Shown here piece by piece: positions 18,450 to 27,159 of a DNA stretch of 64,000 bases. The notes under the pieces were generated by a model that had not been told where the DNA came from, searched no databases, and saw nothing but the letters and a program-made list of their open reading frames with translations. A program made the position numbers and the translations under genes. The stretch is from an uncultured Pseudomonadota bacterium (GTDB taxonomy: Bacteria; Pseudomonadota; Alphaproteobacteria; JACZXZ01): NCBI GenBank assembly GCA_963749075.1, contig CAVVLJ010000021.1, positions 480,001-544,000 of the forward strand. The letters run 5' to 3'. Within the stretch, counting starts at the first letter, position 1. The number at the start of each line of letters is the position of its first letter.

Positions 18450-19595
18450 CTATTCCTGGTTGAGGAGCGGCTCGACGATGAGGGCGCCCGTCTTAAATCG
18501 GCGCGGACTGAGCTGGCTGAGGATGGGGTCGTTGGTGTCGCCGTCGAGCACGAGGGCCGCCATCATGCGCCCGACCGCCGGCGAGGTCATGAAGCCGCGA
18601 TAGGAGGAGACCGCGACGAAGACGCCCTCGACCTCCGTCTCGCCGAGGATGGGCTGCATGTCGGGCGTCACGCTGGAGACGCCGCCCCAGGTGCGCAAGA
18701 CCGGCACGGCGGCGAGGCCGGGCAGGAGGTCCACGATCTTTGGCGCCGCATAGGCGAGGAAATCCGGCGTGGAGGCGATGTCGTGCCCCTCGCGCGCGCG
18801 CGCCACGATGAAGATGATGGAGCCTCGCCCGACCTGGTTGACCGAGATGTGGTGCTCGAGCGAGACGATGATCGGCCGCACCATCGGCTTGCAGGGGGTC
18901 GTCACGATGCCTTCCTTGGGCAGGCTCGCGACCGGGAGCTCGGCGCCGAGGGGCGCCAGGAGCTCGGGCACCGCCCAATCGGTGCAGAGCAGCACCTTCT
19001 TGGCCTCGATGCGCTCGGCGCCGAGCTGCGCCGAGAAGCCTCGGCCGGAGCGCTCGAGGCGCTCGACGCGCGTGCCGTAGCGCACCTCTACCCCCTCGCG
19101 CCGGCACGCCTTGAGGAGGGCGTCGAGCCAGAGAAAGGGCGAGGCGGTGCCGTCCTTGTTGCAGAAGGAGCCGCCCACGAGGTGCTGCCGTCCGAGGGAC
19201 GGCACCATCTTGATACAGTCGTCGGCATCGAGGAGCGTGCTCGGCACGCCGAGCTCGTGCTGCTTGGGCAAGACCGAGCCGAGCGTCGCGAAGGCCTTCT
19301 CGCTGTGCGCCAGCACGAGATAGCCGTCCTGCTTGAGCTCGAAGCCGCGCGGATAGTCGAGCTCCTCCTCGGCCCTCTCGAAGAAGGCAATGCCCTCCTG
19401 GCAGAGGCGGATGTTGAGCTCGAGGCCCCACTGCATGCGGAAGCCGGCGCCGTTGCGCCCGGAGGCGCCGCTCGCGAACTCGCCCTCGTCGACCACCAGG
19501 ATGCGGGCACCGCTCCGCCGCCGCGCCATCCACCAGGCGCAGGAGAGGCCATAGGCGCCGGCGCCGACAACGAGCACGTCAACGCCGCCGTTCAT
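18450..19595 (-). CDS. DAO-family FAD oxidoreductase (HcnC/OoxB-like)
   Basis: VVGAGAYG, GASGRNGAG, RTWGG...TPDMQPILG. Confidence 0.85.
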   Translation of the reverse strand: MNGGVDVLVVGAGAYGLSCAWWMARRRSGARILVVDEGEFASGASGRNGAGFRMQWGLELNIRLCQEGIAFFERAEEELDYPRGFELKQDGYLVLAHSEKAFATLGSVLPKQHELGVPSTLLDADDCIKMVPSLGRQHLVGGSFCNKDGTASPFLWLDALLKACRREGVEVRYGTRVERLERSGRGFSAQLGAERIEAKKVLLCTDWAVPELLAPLGAELPVASLPKEGIVTTPCKPMVRPIIVSLEHHISVNQVGRGSIIFIVARAREGHDIASTPDFLAYAAPKIVDLLPGLAAVPVLRTWGGVSSVTPDMQPILGETEVEGVFVAVSSYRGFMTSPAVGRMMAALVLDGDTNDPILSQLSPRRFKTGALIVEPLLNQE

Positions 19596-20995
19596 CACGC
19601 AGCACCTGCCTTCTTCTGGTTGGCGAGCGCCGCGAAGGAGACCGGGCGGACGAGCGGACGCGGCGTCATCATCTCCTCGGCGAGCGCAGCACCGTGGAGC
19701 TCGGCGAGGCTCGCGACCGCATGGAGGCAGGTCCTGCCGCCGCACCAGCCCATGCCGGAGCGCACGTTGCGCTTGACCGCGTTGAGCGTGCGGTGCCCGC
19801 CTGCGAAGGTGCTACGCAACTCGCCGAGCGTCACGTTCTCGCAGCGGCACACCGTGGTGTCGTCGGCGGCGAGCGACCAGATGCCGCGCGGCAGTACCAG
19901 CGTCTCGCGGAGTGCGAGCTGGAAGGAGAGCTGCCTCCGCCGCTGCAAGAGCGTCTCGCCGAGCGTGGAGCTGAGTTCCGCGCCATCGTGCCCGGCGCCC
20001 GCCGCCGCCGCGGCGCCCACGATGCGGCCGTCGAGCTCGGCCACCAACGCGCCGCGCAAGGCCGCCCCGTCGCCCGCCACGAAGAGGCCGGGCACCGAGG
20101 TCCGCCCGAACTCGTCGCACCTCGGCAGCCAGCCGCCCGCGAGCGGATCGTGCCGCATCTCGGCGCCGGCCATGGCGGCGAGCTCGCTATTGGCGAGGAA
20201 GCCGTAATTGACGGCAAGGAGATCGCAGGCGATCTCCCGCTCGCTGCCGGCGGCGATGCGGCCGTCGCTGGCGAGGCGTCCTAGGACCACGGCCTCGACG
20301 CGCTCGCGCCCGATGACGCGCAGCGGTACGTAGCCGGTGAGCCGCGGCGCTCCGCTGCGCACGACGGTCCAGGCATAGCGCAGGCCCTCGCCGACGATCT
20401 CGCGGCCGTGCCACAGGCCGCCCGCGTGGCGCAGCATGCGGCTCAAGGGATGCAGCGGGGCGAGCGCCTTGAGCGCCCCGCCCGCGCGCAGGATCTGCGC
20501 CGCCACCACGATCGGCAAGGCGCCGCAGCCGGCGACGACGGCCTGGCGCCCGGGCAGCACGTGCTGCGCCTTGAGCACGGCCTGGGCGCCGCCCGCGAAC
20601 ATGACGCCCGGCGTGGTCCAGCCGGGGAAGGGGACCGCGAGCTCGCGCACGCCGGTCGCCAGCACCACGGCGTCGGCGCGCAGCACCTCGCTCGCATCGC
20701 CCTCGGCCACATGCAGCTCGCCCGAGGGGAAGAGGGCGAAGACGGTGGCGCCCGGACGATAGTCGATGCGCCCGCCGATCTCGGCAAAGCCGTCGAGCAG
20801 CCGGCGCTTGCGCGCGAGCTCGCCTGTCTCGGCGAGCTCGCTCGTGCCGAGCGCCGGATGGCCCTGCCGGTAGATCTGCCCGCCCGGACGCGGGGACTCG
20901 TCGATCAGCGTCACCCGGCAGCCCCGGCCCACGGCCTCGATCGCGGCCGCCATGCCGGCAGGTCCTGCGCCGACGATGACGAGCGTGCGCGCCAT
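19595..20995 (-). CDS. FAD/NAD(P) oxidoreductase with BFD-like 2Fe-2S (HcnB/OoxA-like)
   Basis: GAGPAG, GGQIYR, PFPGWTTPGV, VCRCENV, GMGWCGGRTC. Confidence 0.85.
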   Translation of the reverse strand: MARTLVIVGAGPAGMAAAIEAVGRGCRVTLIDESPRPGGQIYRQGHPALGTSELAETGELARKRRLLDGFAEIGGRIDYRPGATVFALFPSGELHVAEGDASEVLRADAVVLATGVRELAVPFPGWTTPGVMFAGGAQAVLKAQHVLPGRQAVVAGCGALPIVVAAQILRAGGALKALAPLHPLSRMLRHAGGLWHGREIVGEGLRYAWTVVRSGAPRLTGYVPLRVIGRERVEAVVLGRLASDGRIAAGSEREIACDLLAVNYGFLANSELAAMAGAEMRHDPLAGGWLPRCDEFGRTSVPGLFVAGDGAALRGALVAELDGRIVGAAAAAGAGHDGAELSSTLGETLLQRRRQLSFQLALRETLVLPRGIWSLAADDTTVCRCENVTLGELRSTFAGGHRTLNAVKRNVRSGMGWCGGRTCLHAVASLAELHGAALAEEMMTPRPLVRPVSFAALANQKKAGAA

Positions 20996-21252
20996 CAGAC
21001 GAGGCCCTCCTGGCGCCGCACCAACATGCCCGGCCTCGCCTCGGTCATGCAGGCGCGGGTGTCGGCGCTGCCGTCGACGCTCAAGCGGCACTCCCAGCAG
21101 AAGCCGATGCCGCAGACCGCACCCTTGGGGTTGCCCGCCTCGTCCGTGCGCAGCCAGCGCTCTCCGGCAGCGATCAGCGCCGCCGCGACGCTCTGGCCCT
21201 GGCGCGCGGTCACCGCCCGGCCCTCGAAGGAGAATTGGAACGTGCTGGACAT
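20995..21252 (-). CDS. 2Fe-2S subunit (HcnA-like)
   Basis: SVAAAL, CGIGFCWEC, RAC. Confidence 0.85.
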   Translation of the reverse strand: MSSTFQFSFEGRAVTARQGQSVAAALIAAGERWLRTDEAGNPKGAVCGIGFCWECRLSVDGSADTRACMTEARPGMLVRRQEGLV

Positions 21253-21348
21253 GAGTCCCTTGCCGCTGCCCGCCGCCCGCACTCGCGCCAGCGCGTGAGC
21301 GGGGCGCTGCGGGCAGCCATGACGTTCTCGATGCCGGTGCTGGTTCTA

Positions 21349-21380
21349 TTCCTGAGAGGATAACCTGTTCTTGACAGGAA
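21349..21380. promoter_or_regulatory. Tandem operator copy 1, overlapping TTGACA
   Basis: TTCCTGAGAGGAT and TTCTTGACAGGAA, 19 bp apart. Confidence 0.65.
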
Positions 21381-21482
21381 TTTCACCTCTATGCGACTGT
21401 CTTGTCAATCGCTGATTGCCGCGCGGCCGTGTTGCCTGCCGCGGCAAGACAAGCAGGAACGGGACTGCAACAGGAGGGCATC

Positions 21483-22310
21483 ATGCGTCTTGGCTTTGTC
21501 GCGGCGGTCTTGGCCGCCGTTGTCGGTCTCCATTGCGCGGGCGCCTCGGCCGCTGAGGCGCCCTCCATCTGGAGCGACGTCATGGCGGCGAAGAAGCTCG
21601 TCGCCTGCGTCGTGCCGGCCTATCAGCCCTACTCCTGGAAGGACAAGGATGGAGCTTGGCAGGGTTTCGCCGTCGAGATGGCGAGGGACGTGGCGAAGGA
21701 CCTGCACGTCGAGCCGGTCTTCATCGAGACCAGCTTCAAGACCGTCGTGCTCGACCTGCAGAGCGCCAAGTGCCATGTCTTCTTCGGCTTCAATGCCACG
21801 CCGGAGCGGGCACTTGCCATCGACTTCGCGGGTCCCCTCTACACGCTCGGCTTCCTCGCCCTCGACCGCAAGGGCTGGAAGGCGCCGGGCAACGGCTGGG
21901 CCGACCTCAACAAGCCGGATGACCGCGTCTGCTACTCCATGGGCAACAGCTCGGAGCAGCAGATCAAACGCTTCGCGCCCAAGTCGACGCAAGTGGCGCT
22001 CGGCCAATCGGACGACTGCGTGCTCGCCATCCTCTCCGGCCGGGTCGACACCTACATCGACGGCGTCATGGGCATCCTCGGCGCCAAGCAGAAGAACCCC
22101 GACTTGGGCCAGGTCCGCATGCTGACGCCGCAATATGCGCTGCCGTCCTATGCCGGCATGCGGCTCGACTCCGACGGACGCTTCCAGAAGTTCCTGCAGC
22201 GCTGGTCGGAGTACAACCGGGCCAACGGCAACATCACCCAGTGGCTGCTGCATTCCATGGCGAGCGTCGGCATCGATGTGAGCACGCTTCCTCCGGAGAT
22301 CCAGTTCTGA
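21483..22310 (+). CDS. Amino-acid ABC substrate-binding protein (family 3)
   Basis: Signal peptide; NATPERALAIDF; paralog of 30727..31554. Confidence 0.85.
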   Translation: MRLGFVAAVLAAVVGLHCAGASAAEAPSIWSDVMAAKKLVACVVPAYQPYSWKDKDGAWQGFAVEMARDVAKDLHVEPVFIETSFKTVVLDLQSAKCHVFFGFNATPERALAIDFAGPLYTLGFLALDRKGWKAPGNGWADLNKPDDRVCYSMGNSSEQQIKRFAPKSTQVALGQSDDCVLAILSGRVDTYIDGVMGILGAKQKNPDLGQVRMLTPQYALPSYAGMRLDSDGRFQKFLQRWSEYNRANGNITQWLLHSMASVGIDVSTLPPEIQF

Positions 22311-22418
22311 GGGGGGTGCCTTTGCCGCCCGGCACGGGTCTTTGAGGGGATTGCTTTTGCTTCGGCCGATACGGCCGACGGCCTGGGATTTGATGCGGCC
22401 AGTTGATAGAATGATCTT

Positions 22419-22682
22419 ATGGAGCCGGCCCGGTTACGCCTCGCACTCCTGCTGATCGTCATGGCCCCTGCGGCGGCGTCCGGTGGACGGTTCCGCGGCG
22501 GAAGGAAGAAGAGACGAGACCGATGGTTTGGGCTCGAGGATCGTCCTGATTTTCGTGATTTCAGGATTTGGTGGCACCGGTATGGAAAAGACAAGAACGG
22601 CGGCAGAGATATTGAAAGCCGAGAGGAAGGCGAACGGCTCATTGACGAATGGCTCAAGGCGGGAGCGCCGAGACGGAAGTGA
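22419..22682 (+). CDS. Small protein resembling a polymorphic-toxin C-terminal tip, with signal-like N-terminus
   Basis: FRGGRKKRRDRWFG...FRIWWHRYGK...GRDI...EW..AG.P pattern recalled from toxin tips. Confidence 0.5.
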   Translation: MEPARLRLALLLIVMAPAAASGGRFRGGRKKRRDRWFGLEDRPDFRDFRIWWHRYGKDKNGGRDIESREEGERLIDEWLKAGAPRRK

Positions 22683-22701
22683 GAAGCAAGGCAAAGTGGC
22701 T

Positions 22702-23205
22702 ATGCGACGCACGCAAATGGACGAGGCGATCGATTCCGGAGACGAGGGGCGCGTGATCGAGGCTCTTCGGAGCGTAAAGCGCGCTCAAATGAGCGATGAA
22801 GCGATCAGCCGGATCAAGAGCCTGCTGACCAAGACTCGCTCGCCAAGGGTGCGCAACGCCGCGGCGCTCGCGCTTGCCGATTCCCGCATTGCGGGGACAG
22901 ATAAGCTGCTGATCGAATTGCTAAAGCGTCCAAGCACGAAAGGCGCGCGCGGGACATTGCTCTATGCGCTCGAAGAACTGAAGGCGAAAGTTCCGTTGGC
23001 GGTTCTGACAAAAATTATCGCAGACGACACATATGAGGCCCGCGAGGAGGCCCTGGATTTGCTATCCACGCAGGGGAAATTTCCCCATCGCCAGATCGAG
23101 AAGGCCTTGGCCGTCCTGCAGCCGATGACGAGGTCGCAAAAAACGGAAAGGGCCAATGCGGCAAAAGCCGCCATCGAGCTGTTGACGGAAAATACTGGAG
23201 CCTGA
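22702..23205 (+). CDS. HEAT-repeat protein (candidate immunity)
   Basis: VRNAAALALAD, GTLLYALEEL, YEAREEAL. Confidence 0.7.
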   Translation: MRRTQMDEAIDSGDEGRVIEALRSVKRAQMSDEAISRIKSLLTKTRSPRVRNAAALALADSRIAGTDKLLIELLKRPSTKGARGTLLYALEELKAKVPLAVLTKIIADDTYEAREEALDLLSTQGKFPHRQIEKALAVLQPMTRSQKTERANAAKAAIELLTENTGA

Positions 23206-23297
23206 GCGTCTCGCTCCTTGCGCCGTCGGAAAGGTCCGCGCGATCCTTTATTTCGTAGCCTCTGAACCATGCCGCAGATACGGCGCATTTTGCCGCT

Positions 23298-23951
23298 CTA
23301 CCCCCCCATGCCGCCGAGGAAGCAGAGCACCGAGATATAGCGCACGGGCGTCTTGAGGAGCTCTTCGGGGCCGTGCGGGACGTCGGCCTGGAAGAGCAGC
23401 GAATCGCCGGGCGACATGCGATAGGTCCGCGTGCCGTGGCGGTAGCTGAGCTCGCCCTCGAGCACGTAGATGAACTGCGTCCCGGCGCGGTGGAGGAAGG
23501 GCAGCACCTGCGAGCTGTCGGTGTAGGTCATGAGGTAGGGCTCGACCGCGATGCCCTTGGCGGTCGTCTGGCCGAGCACCCAGTACTCGTGCTCGATGCT
23601 CATGCCGCTGCGGTGCACGCGGGTACCTTCGCCGGCGCGCACGAAGGCCGCATCGCTCACGTCGTCGAATTCCCGGAAGAGCGTGGTGACGGGCACCTGC
23701 AAGGCGCGCGAGACGGCGCGGATGCTGGCGAGCGAGGGCGAGATGGCGCCGTTCTCGATCTTCGACACCATGCCCGGCGAGAGGCCGGCGCGGCGCGCCA
23801 GCTCCGAGATGCCGACGCCGGTGCGCTTGCGGAACTCGCGCACCACCTGGCCGAGCGAGGCCTCGAGCTGATTGTCGCGCGGCGCGCGGCGCTGGGCGCG
23901 TCCGCTCCGCCCTCGGACGGTCCCGGCTTGGCTCTTTCGCGGCTTGGGCAT
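23298..23951 (-). CDS. XRE-family HTH plus cupin regulator
   Basis: LARRAGLSPGMVSKIENG; YVLEG...GDSLLF...PHGP. Confidence 0.9.
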   Translation of the reverse strand: MPKPRKSQAGTVRGRSGRAQRRAPRDNQLEASLGQVVREFRKRTGVGISELARRAGLSPGMVSKIENGAISPSLASIRAVSRALQVPVTTLFREFDDVSDAAFVRAGEGTRVHRSGMSIEHEYWVLGQTTAKGIAVEPYLMTYTDSSQVLPFLHRAGTQFIYVLEGELSYRHGTRTYRMSPGDSLLFQADVPHGPEELLKTPVRYISVLCFLGGMGG

Positions 23952-23982
23952 GTTTCCTCGATGGCGGCCTTGGAGCGGCTAT

Positions 23983-24014
23983 TTCCTGACAAGATAGTTT
24001 GTTCTTGACAGAAA
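23983..24014. promoter_or_regulatory. Tandem operator copy 2, overlapping TTGACA
   Basis: TTCCTGACAAGAT and TTCTTGACAGAAA, 19 bp apart. Confidence 0.65.
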
Positions 24015-24143
24015 AGCCATGCGCCGCGCTATCTTGCCGACGGCGGATGGAGCGAAGCGCGATTTTCGATCACCGGAGCGGCCGCTAGCAAGTGCCATTC
24101 CCTCGGCGCAGCGCGCCGCCGGCAGCAGAGGGCCAGGCATGAA

Positions 24144-24806
24144 ATGACCGGTTACCATTGGGACTTCACCGCGGTCGTCCTGCACCCGGCGATGTGGCTC
24201 ACGGGGCTCGTGGTCACCATCGTCTATTCGATCGGGACCATCTTCGGCGGCCTCGTCATCGGCGTCGTCTGCGGCATGCTGCTGCTCAACCGCCATCGCC
24301 TCTTGGTGGCGCCCGTCGACGGCTACGTGCAGCTCTTCCGCTGCACGCCGCTCCTCATCCAGATCGTATGGTTCTACTACGCGCTTCCCGTCGTCATCAA
24401 CGTGGCGATCCCGGCCTGGCTGGCGGCCGGCCTCGGGCTCACCTTCTACATGGGAGCCTTCTCGGCGGAGATCTTCCGCGGCGGCATCATGTCGATCGAC
24501 CGCGGGCAATGGCAGGCGGCACGCGCCATCGGCATGCTGCCGTGGCAGGTGATGTGGCGGGTGATCCTGCCCCAGGCGACGCGGCGGATGCTGCCGCCCT
24601 TCGTCAACCAGTCGGTGCTGCAGCTCAAGAACACCTCGCTCCTCTCGGTCGTGGCCGTGCCCGACCTCATGTACAACGCCTCCCTCATCGTCTCGGAGAC
24701 CTTCCGGCCGCTGGAGGTCTATACCAGCCTGGCCGCCGCCTATTTCGTCATCCTCTATCCGCTGCAAAAGCTCGCCAAGCGATTGGAGCGCCGCGATGAC
24801 CTTTGA
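24144..24806 (+). CDS. Polar amino-acid ABC permease
   Basis: FRCTPLLIQ, AEIFRGGI, LKNTSL. Confidence 0.92.
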   Translation: MTGYHWDFTAVVLHPAMWLTGLVVTIVYSIGTIFGGLVIGVVCGMLLLNRHRLLVAPVDGYVQLFRCTPLLIQIVWFYYALPVVINVAIPAWLAAGLGLTFYMGAFSAEIFRGGIMSIDRGQWQAARAIGMLPWQVMWRVILPQATRRMLPPFVNQSVLQLKNTSLLSVVAVPDLMYNASLIVSETFRPLEVYTSLAAAYFVILYPLQKLAKRLERRDDL

Positions 24807-25590
24807 GGCGGCATCGCCCTCGGCCGGTACCGGCGAGCCGCCGATGATCGAGATCGAGGGGCTGCACAAATGCTACGGCAAGCTCGAGGCGGTGAAGGGT
24901 GCCTCGCTCCGCGTCGGGCGCGGCGAGGCGCGCTTCGTCATAGGTCCTAGCGGCTGCGGCAAATCGACCTTGCTCCGCTGCATCAACCTCCTCGAGGAGC
25001 CGACGCACGGACGCATGCGGGTCGGCAAGACGAGCATCGAGTTCGGCGAGCGGCAGACGCGCATGTCGCTGCGCCAGCAGGCCCGCTTCCGCGCCAACGT
25101 CGGCATGGTGTTCCAGCAGTTCCATCTCTTCCCGCACATGACGGCGCTCGAGAACGTCATGGAGGGGCCGCGCACCGTGAAGCGCCTGCCGCGCGCCGAG
25201 GCCCGCGAGATCGGCGAGGCGCTCCTCGCCAAGGTCGGGCTCGCGGAGAAGCGGGACGCCTATCCGCCCCAGCTCTCGGGCGGCCAGGCGCAGCGCGTGG
25301 CGATTGCGCGGGCGCTCGCCATGTCGCCCGAGGTCGTGCTCTTCGACGAGGTCACCTCGGCGCTCGATCCCGAGCTCGTGGGCGAGGTGCTCGAGGTCAT
25401 CCGCCAGCTCACCGAGGAAGGCATGACGATGGTCGTCGTCACCCACGAGATGGGTTTCGCACGCGAGGTCGCCTGCAACGTGACCTTCATGGACGCCGGT
25501 GCGGTGGTCGAGGAAGGCAGTGCCGAGGAGGTGCTCGACCACGCGACGAACCCGCGGCTCCAGCTCTTCCTCCGCCGCTTCAGGCGCTGA
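24796..25590 (+). CDS. Polar amino-acid ABC ATPase
   Basis: GPSGCGKS, LSGGQ, DEVTSALDPE. Confidence 0.92.
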   Translation: MTFEAASPSAGTGEPPMIEIEGLHKCYGKLEAVKGASLRVGRGEARFVIGPSGCGKSTLLRCINLLEEPTHGRMRVGKTSIEFGERQTRMSLRQQARFRANVGMVFQQFHLFPHMTALENVMEGPRTVKRLPRAEAREIGEALLAKVGLAEKRDAYPPQLSGGQAQRVAIARALAMSPEVVLFDEVTSALDPELVGEVLEVIRQLTEEGMTMVVVTHEMGFAREVACNVTFMDAGAVVEEGSAEEVLDHATNPRLQLFLRRFRR

Positions 25591-25609
25591 AGCGGCGACG
25601 GCGGCGGCG

Positions 25610-26866
25610 ATGCGGCGCTACTCGATCTTCAGCCTCTTGCGCAACGCGGTGAGCTATCACCGGGACTGGCCCGCGGCCTGGCGCAGCCCCGATCCCAAGC
25701 CCTCCTACGACGTGATCATCATCGGCGGCGGCGGGCACGGCCTCGCGAGCGCCTATTACCTCGCCAAGGAGCACGGCATCACAGAGGTGGCCGTGCTGGA
25801 GAAGGGCTGGATCGGCGGCGGCAACACCGGGCGCAACACCACCAACGTGCGCTCCAACTACATCCTGGCAGAGAACTCCCACTTCTACGAGTTCTCCTTG
25901 AAGCTGTGGGAGCAGCTCAGCGCCGATCTCAACTTCAACGTCATGTTCAGCCAGCGCGGCGTGCTCATCACCGCGCACTTCGACGCCCAGACCCAGGCGC
26001 TCCTCAGGCGCGGCAACGGCATGCGGGTGCACGGCATCGACGCCGTCTTCCTCTCCCGCGAGGAGATGCGGCGGAAGGTGCCGATCCTCGACTTCTCGGC
26101 AAGCGCGCGCTTCCCGGTGACGGGCGGCCTCTTGCAGCCGCGCGCGGGCACGGCGCGCCACGACGCGGTCGCCTGGGGCTTCGCGCGCGCGGCCGACGCG
26201 CGCGGCGTCGACATCATCCAGAATTGCGAGGTGACCGGCATCCGCACGGCGGCCGGACGCGTGGCAGGCGTCGAGACCACGCGCGGCTTCATCGCCGCGC
26301 GCAAGGTCGGCATCGCGGTCGCCGGCCATTCGAGCCAGGTGGCAGCGCTCGCGGGCCTGCGCCTTCCCATCGAGTCCCATCTCCTCCAGGCCATGGTCAC
26401 CGAGCCGGTCAAGCCGCTCCTCAACGTCTCGCTCTCCTTCGGCGCGGGGCACTTCTACACGAGCCAGACCGACAAGGGCGAGCTCGTGATGGGCGGCGAT
26501 CTCGACGGCTACAACTCCTACGCCCAGCGCGGCAACCTGCCGATGGTCGAGCACGTCGCCGCCGCCGCGGTCACCGCCTGCCCGTGCTTGAGCCGGCTGC
26601 GCATCATGCGCCACTGGGCCGGCATCATGGACATGACGATGGACGGCAGCCCGATCATCGCCAAGACGGCGGTCGAGGGCCTCTATCTCAACGGCGGCTG
26701 GTGCTACGGCGGCTTCAAGGCGACGCCCGGCTCGGGCTGGGTCTTCGCCCATACGATCGCGCAAGACCGGCCGCACGCGCTGAATGCGCCCTACAACCTC
26801 GAGCGCTTCGCGCGCGGCTATACGATCGACGAGCGCGGCGCCGGGCCTTACCCGGCGCTCCATTGA
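25610..26866 (+). CDS. soxB: Heterotetrameric sarcosine-oxidase-family beta subunit
   Basis: GGGGHG, GGGNTGRNTT, GTARHDAVAWG, GGFKATPGSG. Confidence 0.9.
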   Translation: MRRYSIFSLLRNAVSYHRDWPAAWRSPDPKPSYDVIIIGGGGHGLASAYYLAKEHGITEVAVLEKGWIGGGNTGRNTTNVRSNYILAENSHFYEFSLKLWEQLSADLNFNVMFSQRGVLITAHFDAQTQALLRRGNGMRVHGIDAVFLSREEMRRKVPILDFSASARFPVTGGLLQPRAGTARHDAVAWGFARAADARGVDIIQNCEVTGIRTAAGRVAGVETTRGFIAARKVGIAVAGHSSQVAALAGLRLPIESHLLQAMVTEPVKPLLNVSLSFGAGHFYTSQTDKGELVMGGDLDGYNSYAQRGNLPMVEHVAAAAVTACPCLSRLRIMRHWAGIMDMTMDGSPIIAKTAVEGLYLNGGWCYGGFKATPGSGWVFAHTIAQDRPHALNAPYNLERFARGYTIDERGAGPYPALH

Positions 26867-26883
26867 GTAGGGTCTCTCAAGCG

Positions 26884-27159
26884 ATGCTGATCCCCTGCCC
26901 CCACTGCGGCCTGAGACCCCACGCGGAGTTCGTCTACGGCGGCGACGGCGGGCTCGTGCGACCCGCCGACCCGGCCGCCGCGACGGACGCGGCCTGGCAC
27001 GACTATCTCTACGTCCGCGCCAATCCCTGCGGCGTCCACCGCGAGCACTGGCATCACAGCTTCGGCTGCGAGCAGTGGATCGCGGTCGAGCGCGACACGC
27101 TCTCGCACCGCATCGCCGCCACGGCACCGCTTCCGGCACGGGAGCGCCCGCAGCGATGA
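26884..27159 (+). CDS. soxD: Sarcosine-oxidase-family delta subunit
   Basis: IPCPHCG.R...EF, W.H..GC..W. Confidence 0.9.
   Translation: MLIPCPHCGLRPHAEFVYGGDGGLVRPADPAAATDAAWHDYLYVRANPCGVHREHWHHSFGCEQWIAVERDTLSHRIAATAPLPARERPQR

Noticed and set aside
18450-21252. Hydrogen cyanide synthase hcnABC
   Set aside because: The same architecture is shared by opine and D-amino-acid oxidases; the uptake/catabolic context argues against cyanogenesis.
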